From contig NC_068990.1 in assembly GCF_001194135.2 (NCBI RefSeq), forward strand, positions 60,309,312-60,373,237: DNA of 63,926 nt, given 5' to 3'. Position 1 is the stretch's first letter, and each line of letters begins with the position of its first letter. The notes below the pieces were generated by a model. It searched no databases. It was not told the DNA's origin and saw only the letters and a program-made list of their open reading frames with translations. This DNA is from Octopus bimaculoides. Taxonomy: Eukaryota. Below are positions 24,451 through 37,302 of this stretch, one piece after another. Both the position numbers and the translations under genes were made by a program.

Positions 24451-24870
24451 GCACAGGCATGTCTATGTGGTAAGAAGTTTGTTTTTCCAGCCACATGGTT
24501 CCAGGTTCAATCCCACTGTGTGGAACCTTCAGCAAGTGTATTCTACTCTAGCCTTGGACTAACCAAAGTCTTCTGAGTGGATTTGGTAGACAGAAACTGA
24601 AAGAAGCGCGCATGTGCGCACGTGTGTGTGTGAGTGTGTCTGTGTCTGTGGTTGTACCTGTGTTTGTCCCTCACCACTTGATGACCAGTGTTGGTGTGGT
24701 TATGTCTAGGTAACATAGCAATTTGGCAAAAGAGACCAATAGAATGAATACCAGACTTTAAAAAAAAAAAGAGAGAGAAGCATAAGTGCTACAGTTGATT
24801 CATTCAAATAAAAATTCTTCATGGTGATGCTCCTGCATGGCCTCAGTCTAATGACTGAAACAAGTAAAAA
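24451..24870 (+). mobile_element. SINE family A, full length
   Basis: Head, (TG)-rich linker, tail ending GACTGAAACAAGTAAAA. Confidence 0.85.
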
Positions 24871-25414
24871 TTAAGAGGAAAAGAAGTCATCACACATAAC
24901 TGGTATTCAAACCCAGAATCAATGACAAAGGAAGCTGAGATGATTGAAAGACCTTACTCGTATGTTCAGTACAGAGGTGGCCTGTCCAGGCTCATGGGCT
25001 GGGTAGAATTGGAATCAGCATTAAAACCTAACAAACACTTGATCATTTATTTATTTAGTAGTTTAATGACTTAGCTGTGAACAATGCTAATGATCCTTTG
25101 CAGGACCTCTAAGACTGATGAAAAAAAGGAGAGACAAACATCCTCAGACTGGAGATCTGACTCAGAGAGTTCCAACAAAGTAGATTTCACTTAAAGACAT
25201 CAAATGATCAGAGAAGGGTGCTAAACTGGGTGATTAAGTTTGATAGTCAACAACAGAAACTGGCCTCTTCAATAGAATTCCATAGTTTCTGTCACAAGGA
25301 TTTGGGTGACCTATGTCTGTGATAAAAGACACTTGCTCAAGATACTGTACTAACTGAATGAACCAGAAACCATGTACTTACAAAGAGAATTTCTTAATAC
25401 AGAGTCAGATCACA

Positions 25415-26160
25415 GAGAAGTTCACAGTCATCAATTCACCGCAGGGAAAGTTCACCGCCATCAATTCACTGTGAAGACAGTTCACCATGAGGGAAGTTCA
25501 CCGCAAGAAAAGTTTATTGTGAAAATATATTTAGGTTATAGTCTCTGCCTGTAATATCAATGTAGGGAAGTGGTCTCTATCCTCATTTAGACTTCAGAAA
25601 TTTCCAAAACATAACATCCAATATCGTTTGGTGTTCAGCACGATAACATTGGCCAGCAAAGCCAACCCTGTGCTGAACAACGATTGTGGAGATGGATGGA
25701 ATGTATTCATCTGTCTCTTCTTTGGTTTTGTGCTCATGACAAAATATTTTGAGTTCTCATAAGAAATTGATCTGTTTTTGCAGTAAAAAAAGACTGAGTA
25801 CTTGACCGTCAATGAAGATGAAAGCCACTTGCCAATTGGTTTCAATGACAGCACACGACTTGTGGAATTTAGTAACCTCAAGTGCCTTTGGTCCTGTGAT
25901 TCTCACAGTAAACATGACTTTCTGACATATGAGGAATGACAATAGTTAAGTTCACCACCATCAATTCACTGTAGGAAATGTTCACTACCATCGATTCACT
26001 ATGAAGAAATATCACCATGAGGAAAGTTTACTGAGAAAAACCATTAATAGCTAAAAACTATTTTTTTGAAAAAAAACAAAACAAACAGTGAATTGATGAT
26101 GAACATTCCCTGTAGTGAACTGATGATGATGAACTTACTGGACATGACAGATTCACCCCT
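25415..26160. repeat. modular short-repeat element (AAGTTCACC/CATCAATTCAC units), interrupted by a LINE fragment
   Basis: Modules at 25415-25530 and 25947-26040, inverted modules at 26084-26160. Confidence 0.55.
25590..25930 (-). mobile_element. highly decayed RTE-like LINE C-terminus
   Basis: With frameshift: FLMRTQNILS..YIPSISTIVVQHRVGFAGQCYRAEHQTILDVMFWK, resembling the RTE RxRFAGHCxRA..SDVxLW motif. Confidence 0.65.
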
Positions 26161-27494
26161 GCTTAAAACAATAGGTTGTTCCTACTATGTTGTACTTATT
26201 TACAATAAGGATAGGGTTGTTTTAGTCATGGACATGTTGCTGTGTTGACAATACTATAAGTAGTTCCTTCATCTCAGTTGGTTATCCACTATCCTAACTA
26301 ACTGGCCATTTACATTCACATTTGGTCAATATTGGGTCAGTGAAGCATAAAAAAATTTCAGTATTCTATTCTTGCAGCTTTGAATATTGTATGTTAGATT
26401 TATTGTGGCATTATAATGCATTGTAATTTATTGGTTTGACATAATAAAGCCAGGAAATTAAGTGTTACATGCATGCAGACCAGAGATAATCAATACAAGA
26501 AAAAGGATTTCACAATGAATCAGACAAAATTCGATAAGAGTGAAAGAAAAAGGAGAAAATCTTGTTCTTATGGCCATTGGAATACATCAGAGAGTGTCTA
26601 TATCTTTATAGAGCAGTATACATATACAAACGTATATAGAAGAAGAAATCACAAGCATTCCTATGATTCATTGTGATCCATTACAAGGGATATGAGAACA
26701 TACCATTCTGCCACCATTTCACTCTGAAACTGAGAGTTCTGAAACATTAATAAACTAATGAGTTTAGGAATTATTAGTCCTTGTGAATATCATAGCAGTC
26801 TTTGTTATGCTTCTACTTTTTGAGGTAGAATTTTATGTTTGGTTGTTCTTCCTGTAACTCTTATAAAAACATTATATATTTGTTTACTTATATTTACTGA
26901 CAATGAAACTATGAAAACCCTTTACATTCAGAGAAAATCTAAGCCATGTTAATCTTTCATGTATATAACTGTCAGAACTTTTAAGATATCTTCTTTCATT
27001 TTATAAATGTTTCAAACTTAATATAAGTTACTATTATAAACTTTATAATTTTTCAGGTCCTTTGTACACAGTAAGCAGCATCTCCATATACTCTCTCAAT
27101 ATCAATGGCCACAAGACCTTCAATTATGAAATACAATTAATGATGTTGCTGCTATTAAATAGCCTTCATCGAGCAAATGACCAAATTTATCAGCCATTTT
27201 GTAGTTAAAATAATAGGCTGTTCTACTTTTGTGACTGTTATTAGTTAGTTAAGAATTCTGTTTTTACAACAAAAAAGCTTTATTTTATATTTCTGACTAT
27301 TTTATATGGCAATGTGTGAACAATAGTTTTGTTGGTTACAGGCTTTCAGTGAGTCTGTCAGTGGTTCTCTGCATTTGTGATGGTAAGAATGACATGGTCT
27401 GCTCCTTGTTTTTTTTTTCAGTTTCTTCATTACTGTTTACATTTTACACCAATATGCAATGGCAAACACACATACACACACACGACAGAGGTGT

Positions 27495-27675
27495 CCACTC
27501 CACACACTTTCTTTCTATCAGCTTTCATTCACACAGTATAGATCAATGTGAGGCTATGTCTGAGGATATACGCCCATGTGCCACATAATAGGATCACATC
27601 ACATGTTCTACATGATAGAGTCAAACCTAGAACCACATGGTTGCGAAACAAGCTACTCAAGCACACAACCATACC
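27495..27675 (-). mobile_element. SINE family A, 5' half, diverged
   Basis: AACCTAGAACCACATGGTTG..CAAGCTACT..ACACAACC. Confidence 0.6.
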
Positions 27676-28041
27676 AAAATATTTCCATTCATAGCCCACT
27701 GGTCAGTTTTTCATATATTGTTTACAAGGAGAATTTTTTTCTCTCAGAACAATTTCTATAATGTATGTCTTTCCATTTCCAGTTGTATACCAACACATTG
27801 AATATGATTCTACACACCAATATTTAATTCAATGCTGCTTAGTGCTCCTCTAATTAATTATTTTTAAGTGTCTCCCTACAGATTTTCTATAAAATTGTGA
27901 GCTATCGCTAAAAGTTATGACATTTCATATATAAATAAGTCCATGTAAACAATGCAATTGAAGATAGAAAAATAAGTAATGGGGTATATGCATATTTCAG
28001 GAGTTCTTACTCCTTCTTCAGCACCACATCCAATCCATTAC

Positions 28042-28156
28042 CCATCCATAAATACATTCCTTAAATAGCCACTAAGTTTAGTGGTGTAACACTGTTGGAT
28101 AGCTTTGTATACATCAGAAAACGTAATAGCAATGAATGACAACTCAGTATCCATAA
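28042..28156 (-). CDS. candidate isolated exon (xMDTELSFIAITFSDVYKAIQQCYTTKLSGYLRNVFMD), unverified
   Basis: Acceptor TTTCTGTGTCGTTGCATTTTGTCAG, donor GTAATG, open frame over 115 bp; could instead be a LINE remnant. Confidence 0.25.
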
Positions 28157-29216
28157 CTGACAAAATGCAACGACACAGAAATGCATGTGTCCTAGTATCT
28201 GATGACATCGTTTATAGACCAGGGGTATATTTTTTATACATATCTAGAATTTTTTTTTTTTTTTCTCTTGAAATAATTTCTGCAATTTATGTCTTTCTAG
28301 GTCTGAGTGTATAAAAATATGTTAAATATAATAGTATATGCCTATAATACCAGTATTTTTCTTCTTGCACAAATTATTAAATGATAGTATTCGTATCTAC
28401 TTCTCATAGTATACTGCTATTCAGGATCATTGTATCAGCCAGTGGTAGTGACATTCAAAATATAAAACAATTTCAATAAATTTCCCTTTGAATTTAGTCA
28501 ATTTCATGCTAAGAGCATTTCTGTAAATACTTTTATTACAACAACAACAGTAACAGCAGCAGCAACAACAACAACAGCGTTTCTCTGCTAATTTTGTAAA
28601 AGTTACTTGCTATTAAATTCAAAGTTGCCCTTCATGAAACATCACTAAAATTCACATGTGGTATGAAAAATAGTACATGTAAAAAAGACTCTTCCCAAAA
28701 ATTTTGAAAACTACTACTTAGTAGTTTAGTATATTAACCTTTGAATTTCTTTAACTATTCATTCATTTTTTCTTTGTTTTTTTTTTCTTCTTTTTTACTG
28801 TTGACATTTACATTGTTACCTATCTCCTCTAATTTAAATCTTACACCTGAAATCTACGGAGGTAAGATTCCTTATGGAATGATATTTACAATATGTTTCA
28901 ATAGAAACATATTGTAATATGCTATATCAATCAATAGAAATAATAATATAATATACTATAATATAACGACATTAAATGAAAACTTTAAATTGGTGTATCT
29001 GTCACACAGCTCATTTGAACTGACTCTTTGACTATCTTGGATTTCCAAAAGTCAAACACCTGTCATTGGTCTCCTGAGATTAATAAATTTATTGAAGGAT
29101 ACTACTGCTGTTAACAGTCCAAACCTGGCTATATTAATTGCAGCAGTGCTCATACATACATATATGTATGTATGTATGCATGTATGTATGTAAATGTATG
29201 AATGTGTGTGTGTGGA

Positions 29217-29260
<44 letters not shown>

Positions 29261-29879
29261 NNNNNNNNNNNNNNNNNNNNNNNNNNNNNNNNNNNNNNNN
29301 NNNNNNNNNNNNNNNNNNNNNNNNNNNNNNNNNNNNNNNNNNNNNNNNNNNNNNNNNNNNNNNNNNNNNNNNNNNNNNNNNNNNNNNNNNNNNNNNNNNN
29401 NNNNNNNNNNNNNNNNNNNNNNNNNNNNNNNNNNNNNNNNNNNNNNNNNNNNNNNNNNNNNNNNNNNNNNNNNNNNNNNNNNNNNNNNNNNNNNNNNNNN
29501 NNNNNNNNNNNNNNNNNNNNNNNNNNNNNNNNNNNNNNNNNNNNNNNNNNNNNNNNNNNNNNNNNNNNNNNNNNNNNNNNNNNNNNNNNNNNNNNNNNNN
29601 NNNNNNNNNNNNNNNNNNNNNNNNNNNNNNNNNNNNNNNNNNNNNNNNNNNNNNNNNNNNNNNNNNNNNNNNNNNNNNNNNNNNNNNNNNNNNNNNNNNN
29701 NNNNNNNNNNNNNNNNNNNNNNNNNNNNNNNNNNNNNNNNNNNNNNNNNNNNNNNNNNNNNNNNNNNNNNNNNNNNNNNNNNNNNNNNNNNNNNNNNNNN
29801 NNNNNNNNNNNNNNNNNNNNNNNNNNNNNNNNNNNNNNNNATATATACGGAGAGAAGATTTTTTCTCAAAGAGTTAAGA

Positions 29880-30612
29880 TTGAGAAAAGAACCATTTTAG
29901 AAAGTCAAAAGACACTAACCTTTGGGAAGAAATTTCACAAAATGTGTGTAGGCTTTGCTTTTATAAATGTGCAAGTGCTTTCAGTTCTTAACATTTTCAA
30001 GCACATCTTATTACATATAGTGAAAGTTGTTTTCAGTAAAACTGTTGTTGACTATTTCCGGTTTAGTTTCGGACTCAGAAATCTTATGAAATATACTTCT
30101 TTTGTCTTCCAGAGAAGGTCATTCTCTTCATTTATTTTATGAAGAGCGAACATTGCCAATTTTCCTTGTGCACAGGCGTCCAAATGATTGCTACATGGTA
30201 TGCATATAAGTGCGGGATGTTTTATTTGATGTCTATGCACATTTACACAATTGGTTAATTTCGTTTATGTTTCCCCAATATAATGTTCGTTGCATTGTGG
30301 GCATGTGATACAATATGTCAGGTTTTTGCTTTTGCAGTTCATATTTGCATTCACATTTAATTCTTTTCCATTCTTGAATTTTTTGGTTGGTCCTTGTTCT
30401 ATTAAATCACATGTCCCACATTGGGGGGTCTTCACATTTGGTGACTTGCATCATTTCTTCCTCTGATGTGAATCTTGCTTTGGTTAGAAGTTTCTTAAGG
30501 TTTAGCGGTTGTCTTTGGCTGTTGATTATTTGTTGGAGATATGAGGACTGGTGTAGAATTAGTAGAATATTGTGGTTCTTGGGATTGTGTGTGATAACAA
30601 ATGCCTTTCATG
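29880..30612 (-). mobile_element. Penelope-like element: linker, GIY-YIG endonuclease and 3' UTR (decayed)
   Basis: FVITHNPKN..SQRQPLNLKKLLTKARF..CED(P)QCGTC..NMNCKSKNLTYCITCPQCNEHYIGET*..VHRHQIKHP..CSNHL..KEVYFIRFLSPKLN*; one frameshift in a C-run and one in-frame stop. Confidence 0.9.
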
Positions 30613-30635
30613 ACACCATAAAGCCAAGAAATTTG

Positions 30636-30706
<71 letters not shown>

Positions 30707-30724
30707 TATATGTATATTCATATA

Positions 30725-31360
30725 TTGGTACAAATTGTCATCAACTGTGCAAACAACATTAAATATGTAAACAAACGAGTTAAATATGTAAACAACAAGA
30801 GACAAAAATGGAAAACAGGACAAATAAACATAGAGAAAGGACCCTTCATCAGTTGTCGGCTGTCTATCAACACCTCATTTCAAGCATTTGATGACAATAT
30901 ATGACTTCAAAGATAGTTGCTCCCATAAATTCTAAAATAAAATTTAGGATTTATGGAGGGTCAAAGTTGGGAACAAAAGCAGGACAGTGGAGACATACAA
31001 GGAAACCAAATGAAAACAAATATGGAGGGTTGTTAGACCAGAATGAGAGGAAAATAGTGAATGCCAGGAGAAATATTTTCTTTGGAAAGAGAAAAGATAG
31101 AAGAAAGAGAAAGAAGCGTCCAGTCTTTTGGAGGTTTGTGTAGGAAAAGAAAGATGGTTGTGTGAGGAAAAGAAAGATGGATGATGGTCACGTGTGAGCA
31201 ATGACAGAGAGAGACAGAAAGAAAACAGTGAAAGGGTGAGGGGGAGAAAAAAGGAATTAGAGAAAGATGGAGGAAGAAAACAGTATAGAGTAGAGTTGCA
31301 TCAAAAAGGTGAAGATAAACTTACTTGGAAATGGATGCATGACATTCAGTTAAATAACAT
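30725..31360 (-). mobile_element. Penelope-like terminal/UTR segment
   Basis: Homologous to 6217-6830; same strand as the adjacent GIY-YIG remnant. Confidence 0.65.
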
Positions 31361-31394
31361 ATGTGTGTGTATGTGTGTGTGTGTGTATATATAT

Positions 31395-31597
31395 ATGGAT
31401 ACAGGACGTCACCAACTGTGCAAAAAACATGAAGTACATAAGCAAACGAGTTAAATACTTAAACGAGAGAAAAAAAATGGAAAACAGGACAAGTAAACAT
31501 GGAGGAAGGACCCTTCATTAGTTGCCAGCTGTCTATCTACTCCTCATTTTGAGCATTCAACAACAATATGAGTCTTCAAAGACAGTTGGTCCCATAT
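31395..31597 (-). mobile_element. second, tandem, partial copy of the PLE terminal repeat
   Basis: Direct repeat of ~30725-30930. Confidence 0.7.
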
Positions 31598-32061
31598 ATA
31601 TATATATGTCATGACCTTTCCAAGATACAAATATATATATATTGTTTTATTATATATGTGTTCAGTCCCATTGTATGAAACCTGGCTGACCAAAGCCTTG
31701 TGCATGGATTTGATAACTAAAAGAACCCTGTCACATGTATATTTAAGAAAAGATTTTTTTTTTAACTGTTATTAACTATTTAAAAATATAATTTAAAAAA
31801 CCAGAATGTCACCAACATTTGGGCAAGAATTTTCATTAAGCGTGTATCTTGTGTATAAGTACTTGTTTTTGTTCAGCTTTTCAAACACATGTGTTCTGGG
31901 CTTGTGTGTTTGAAAAGTTGAATATTGAATGTGCTTACGCACTAAAAGAAAATTTCTTGCCCAAAGCTTAGTGATATTCTGTTCTTTAAATTACTTTTTA
32001 AAAATAGTTAATAATTATTTGAATTGACTGTATCTAGTACTTTTTACAAAAACTTTTAAAT

Positions 32062-32440
32062 ATAGGTGCAGGAGTGGCTGTGTGGTGGGTAGCTTGCTTA
32101 CCAACCACATGATTCCGGGTTCAGTCCCACTGCATGGCACCTTGGGCAAGTGTCTTCTGCTATGGCTTTGGGCTGACCAAGACCTTGTGAGTGGATTTGG
32201 TAGACGGAAACTGAAAGAAGCCCGTCGTATATATGTGTGTATATGTATATGTATGTTTGTGTGTCTGTGTTTGTCCCCCTGGCATTGCTTGACAGCCGGT
32301 GCTGGTGTGTTTGATGTCCCCGTCACTTGTCGGTTCAGCAAGGGAGACCAATGGAGTGGGTACTGGGCTTGCAGGGAGTGAGTCCTGGGGTCAATTTGCT
32401 CGAGTAAAGGCGGTGCTCCAGCATGGCCACAGTCAAATGA
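32062..32440 (+). mobile_element. SINE family A, near full length, 3' end folded back
   Basis: Low-divergence head and tail. Confidence 0.9.
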
Positions 32441-32565
32441 TCAGTCATTTGACTGTGGCCATGCTGGAGCACAGTAAAAGAGAGAGTAAAAGAGAGTATA
32501 TGAGGGGATGCTGAGGGGAGCACAGTAAAAGAGAGAGTAAAAGAGAGTATATGAGGGGATGCTGA
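32413..32565. repeat. 28 bp perfect inverted repeat plus a 49 bp tandem duplication (51 bp period)
   Basis: Arms at 32413-32440 and 32445-32472; duplicated units at 32466-32514 and 32517-32565. Confidence 0.95.
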
Positions 32566-32765
32566 AAAGTTCCTGGATTTAAGGATATTCTGAAAGGCTT
32601 CGCTTTATACAGTCTCTGTTGAGATAAAGTTCTTTTACAGGGATTAGAAAAACTGAAGGACCACTTCAATAAGTGTTTGTATCTGGGAAGGGAATATAGT
32701 TGAATAAAATCATAATTAAGTCACCCTCCTGCATTTTCTTTTACCAGGAACTTTTTAGCACCCCT
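32552..32765 (+). mobile_element. mariner-derived internally deleted element (MITE)
   Basis: TIRs TGAGGGGATGCTGAAAAGTTCCTGG / CCAGGAACTTTTTAGCACCCCT with TA flanks; the interior encodes a remnant of the mariner C-terminus (consensus GIxKLxxRWxKCxxxxGxY). Confidence 0.8.
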
Positions 32766-32785
32766 TAATTAAGATATTGTGTGTA

Positions 32786-32862
<77 letters not shown>

Positions 32863-32884
32863 GTATATATATGTATGTATATAT

Positions 32885-33110
32885 TCTTTTATTTGTTTCA
32901 GTCATTTGACTGCAGCCATGCTGGAGCACCGCCTTTAGTCAAACAAATCGACCCCAGGTCTTATGCTTTGTAAGTCTAGTACTTATTCTATCAGTCTCTT
33001 TTGCCAAACCACTATATTATGGTTATGTAAACACACCAACATCGGTTGTCAGGCAATGGTGGGGAGACAAACAGACACACAAACATATACATATATATAT
33101 ACACACACAC
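32885..33110 (-). mobile_element. SINE family A, 3' half
   Basis: GTTTCAGTCATTTGACTGCAGCCATGCTGGAGCACCGCC... Confidence 0.85.
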
Positions 33111-33114
33111 ACAT

Positions 33115-33149
<35 letters not shown>

Positions 33150-33179
33150 TATACATACATATACATATTCATATATATA

Positions 33180-33315
33180 TAGGGAGAATTCACAAAAAAA
33201 CAACAGATGAAGACAGGTAGTGTAGAAAACAAATAGATGTATTAGTATAACATTCGTGAATTGAAAAAATCTTTAATGTTTCAAGCCTACGCTCTTCCAC
33301 AGAAAGGAACACACA
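33180..33315 (-). mobile_element. short PLE-like terminal repeat with a hammerhead-like layout
   Basis: Minus strand CCTTTCTGTGGAAGAGCGTAGGCTTGAAACATTAAAGA, embedded in microsatellites. Confidence 0.45.
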
Positions 33316-33398
33316 CACATACATATATATATATTCATATTTATATATATATATATACTTTAAATATATATATATATATATGTGTATGTACATATGTG

Positions 33399-33429
<31 letters not shown>

Positions 33430-33884
33430 GTGTATATATATATATATACACATATATATATAATAATATTAGGGATAAAAATCCAAATTTACAGGTAAAA
33501 ACTATATATATATATATATATATATATGTTTATTTTTATGTTCAGTTATAATACAAATAATTTTCTGTTAATCTGAAGGGTTACTCCATACTTTTGTAGA
33601 GTACAAATTATTATTTAGCAAAAATAATATTGACGGAGACTTAGAAGTTTCTGTCAGCTAAGACATCATCAGACTGTGATGCATTTGAGCTAAGCTTGGC
33701 TTTATACAGTCTCTGTTGAGATAAAATTTTTCTGGTGTTTGTAGCGTTCATTTGAATGGTAATTAGGCTGTAGAGTGGGTTGTGATGGAGGGGTGTTGTG
33801 GAGAAATTTTTATTGATTAAATTTGGGGTTATGTTATTGTTCAGAATTTATTCATGCTTGTAGAACTTTGTAAAGAGGTGTGAA

Positions 33885-33920
<36 letters not shown>

Positions 33921-33924
33921 TATA

Positions 33925-33974
<50 letters not shown>

Positions 33975-34914
33975 NNNNNNNNNNNNNNNNNNNNNNNNNN
34001 NNNNNNNNNNNNNNNNNNNNNNNNNNNNNNNNNNNNNNNNNNNNNNNNNNNNNNNNNNNNNNNNNNNNNNNNNNNNNNNNNNNNNNNNNNNNNNNNNNNN
34101 NNNNNNNNNNNNNNNNNNNNNNNNNNNNNNNNNNNNNNNNNNNNNNNNNNNNNNNNNNNNNNNNNNNNNNNNNNNNNNNNNNNNNNNNNNNNNNNNNNNN
34201 NNNNNNNNNNNNNNNNNNNNNNNNNNNNNNNNNNNNNNNNNNNNNNNNNNNNNNNNNNNNNNNNNNNNNNNNNNNNNNNNNNNNNNNNNNNNNNNNNNNN
34301 NNNNNNNNNNNNNNNNNNNNNNNNNNNNNNNNNNNNTATATATAGTATTAATAATGATAAGGAGAACAGATTTTTCATATTCATAATTTTATATAACAGT
34401 TATTTACAGCATCTTTAATAGCTGTTAAATAAATTATGGATGTGAAAAATCTCCATTCTCCTTATTGTTAATACTATTACTTACTTTAATTGAACATTGG
34501 GGTTGATGTAATTGAATTATTCCGTCCCCGAAATTGCTGGCTTTGTGTCAAAATTCGAAACCGATATTTCAATTTATAATGTTTCTTTATATCTACATCA
34601 AACTTGCTGTTCCTACCAGGGACCGAACTCACAAACTTTCTTACAACATCCATTGTGCTAATCCACTAGAATGCAGTGCTTTATCATTGTTTCTTTACAT
34701 AGTTTGTAATTAACCTGGCAAAGCTAAAACCAGTCATTATTTAGGTAGTGTTTAATGAAACATTTATTTCTTGCTCGTCAATGTAATGTTTTGAATCTGT
34801 TTATGAACAGAAGTTGGTTTCTACAGACAGACAATCATTGTGAATGAGGAGGTAGGGTGGAAGTAGTGGGAGTGGGGCTGGGAGAAAGAAAGAAAAGAAA
34901 GAAAAGACAGACAG

Positions 34915-35020
34915 ACAGATAGACAGACAGACAAACAGACAGAAAGAAAGAAGGAAAGAAAGAAAGAAAGAACGAAAGAAGGAAAGAAAGAAAGAAAGAA
35001 CGAAAGAAGGAAAGAAAGAG
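34915..35020. repeat. (AGAC)n/(AAAG)n repeat; (GA)n at 35272-35322 and (CA)-rich at 35380-35530 nearby
   Basis: Seen directly. Confidence 0.95.
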
Positions 35021-35270
35021 GAAGATGAACTGATAAGTGGATTAAATCAGAAAGATTGAGAAATTGACAGAAAAATTATATTATTAATAGACTGATCGAA
35101 GGGAAATGAACGATTAATAAAGAGCAGTGGAACACAGAGCAAATGCTAGGAATGAAACTAAAGAAATATAAGGTGGGAAAGAGGAAAATCAGACAAAGAG
35201 ATGAGAGAAACAACTTAAGTAGCTGACTGACTGATAAATTAATGAAGTGCACAATAGCCATATATGGAGA

Positions 35271-35324
<54 letters not shown>

Positions 35325-36620
35325 ACTGCACAGTTATTACATCCTATAAATATAGCAAGCAGCAAATTTAATTGAATACGCACACATGTGCATATATACA
35401 CGAGCATACACATGCATACACGCACATACACGTGTACACAAACACATGTACATACACATGCACATGCACACACACACACACGCACACATACACACACACA
35501 CTCACTCACTCACACACACATACACACAGAGTTTCAGACAACTAAATCAAAGAACAAAAGACAAATTTCATTCTCATATTTTAATGAAGATTTTTCCATT
35601 TTCTACTCCCAACTTGGACATTTTATTTCAAATGTAGTAACTAATTAATTTCAACTTTGTCTGTCTGACATTTTGCAGAATAAAAATGATCAATTTTTAA
35701 TAACAACAACAATAATGTCATTGCTGTTGATGCTAATGATGATGATAATAATAAAAATGATAAAAACAATAATAAGAATAAAGATAATATAAATGGGTGC
35801 ATTGTTTTGTAATTGTATGAATTTAGGACTTAATTAGAGCTAAGTGCATAAAATCAAATATTTGGGTGAGGTGTTCTGCATTATGCTTCATCAAATGATC
35901 AATCTGAAGTTTGTTGATTTCTGAAGTCAAAACCTAGGTTCAAATAGACTTTCATCAGGGTTTAATTGCTTGGAAATAATAATTTGATTTGGAACACTAC
36001 ACACTTTATATAACAACCTTTCATTAATATAATCAGTAATCTCTCAGAGTCTGCTTACTTCCTTCATAAATAACACTTATATAACAAAAATGAAGAGGAC
36101 TGGATCCCCTAAATATTAGATGATGATAGGAAAGAAGAGGAAGTCTTTTCAATTTAGCAACAACTGTTATAACTTGCAATTCATAGAACGTGAGTGGTGG
36201 GGATGGTTTGCACTCAAAAACCTTTATTTTAGGAAACAGGCAAATAAAAAGATCTAGGTATATTAACATAGAGAAAAAGTTAAAATTATCAGTTGAGAAT
36301 TTCCTGTAAAATAGTTTATATTTCAAGTATATTTCTCCATTTATTTGAACAGGAGTGGGCAAACTTTTCACTCCCTCTAGTTAACAACAAATGTATAAAA
36401 ACCTATGCAATAACATAGGTGCTGAGAAAAAATAATGAATTGGTAATTTTACAAAATCATATGTGTGTAACTATTATCAAATTACTGTATTGGTTTTCAG
36501 GTTTAAAAATATTTTTTCTATTTTTTTAAGAGTTTTTTTCTAGAAATTTTGTCAGCAAATAGCTTAAATTTTAGGAGTGAAACTTCATCTATGGATGAGG
36601 TGTCTGCACCTCTGAATTAA

Positions 36621-36840
36621 CCTTTTAGCATTTAAACCAGCCATATCTGACCCAAATATTCTACCTGTTTTATGTTCAAACTGGCCAAATCCAACCTCTC
36701 ACACTTACCTTACACTGTCATTCTAGAAATTAACAATCACATCGTCAAAACGTAGATGCTATGTGAAAATACCTGATTAGTTCAAAACAATGAAAGTAAA
36801 TAAGTATTACACTTGGTAGATTAATATGAATGCTAAAAAG
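36621..36840 (+). mobile_element. piggyBac-type MITE family 1
   Basis: TTAA+CCTTTTAGCATT at the left end, AATGCTAAAAAG at the right end. Confidence 0.75.
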
Positions 36841-37302
36841 TGAAAGTATGAAAGATTTCATCCAAAATATTATATATTTTCTTCCACCAGTAACAAAAAC
36901 CAAACAGACTTGTTTTTATTTCTTACAAAATGAAAAAAAAAAAAATCTGTTTTCTTATCTATTTGATTGCTGGATTCCAATCTATGGTAAATAAATATTT
37001 TCCATGCTTCGGCTGATTTTAGTGGAGATATTTGATTTTAAAACCTTCACATCCAGTACAAAATTTCTACATAATTGTGACAGATTTTTTTAATATTTAG
37101 TCAGAAAGATAAAGATAGTGCCCATGACCTGTTAGTTTGTTCAGGGTCTCCAAGACTAGGGGGAGGAAAGGAAAGTATAATCCCCAAATCAGAGACCTAG
37201 CCCCAAGGCTTACAACTGGCATCTGAGGACTAACTGGTGATGTTAAACCATGAAATGAATTAAGTTTACCTCATTGAAAAAACCAGAGCAAATTAAGTTT
37301 AA

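Noticed and set aside
27056-27069. Possible 14-nt micro-exon (TTTCAG|GTCCTTTGTACACA|GTAAGC); a similar one at ~44171-44184
   Set aside because: Such site pairs arise often by chance in 64 kb of AT-rich DNA; no supporting context
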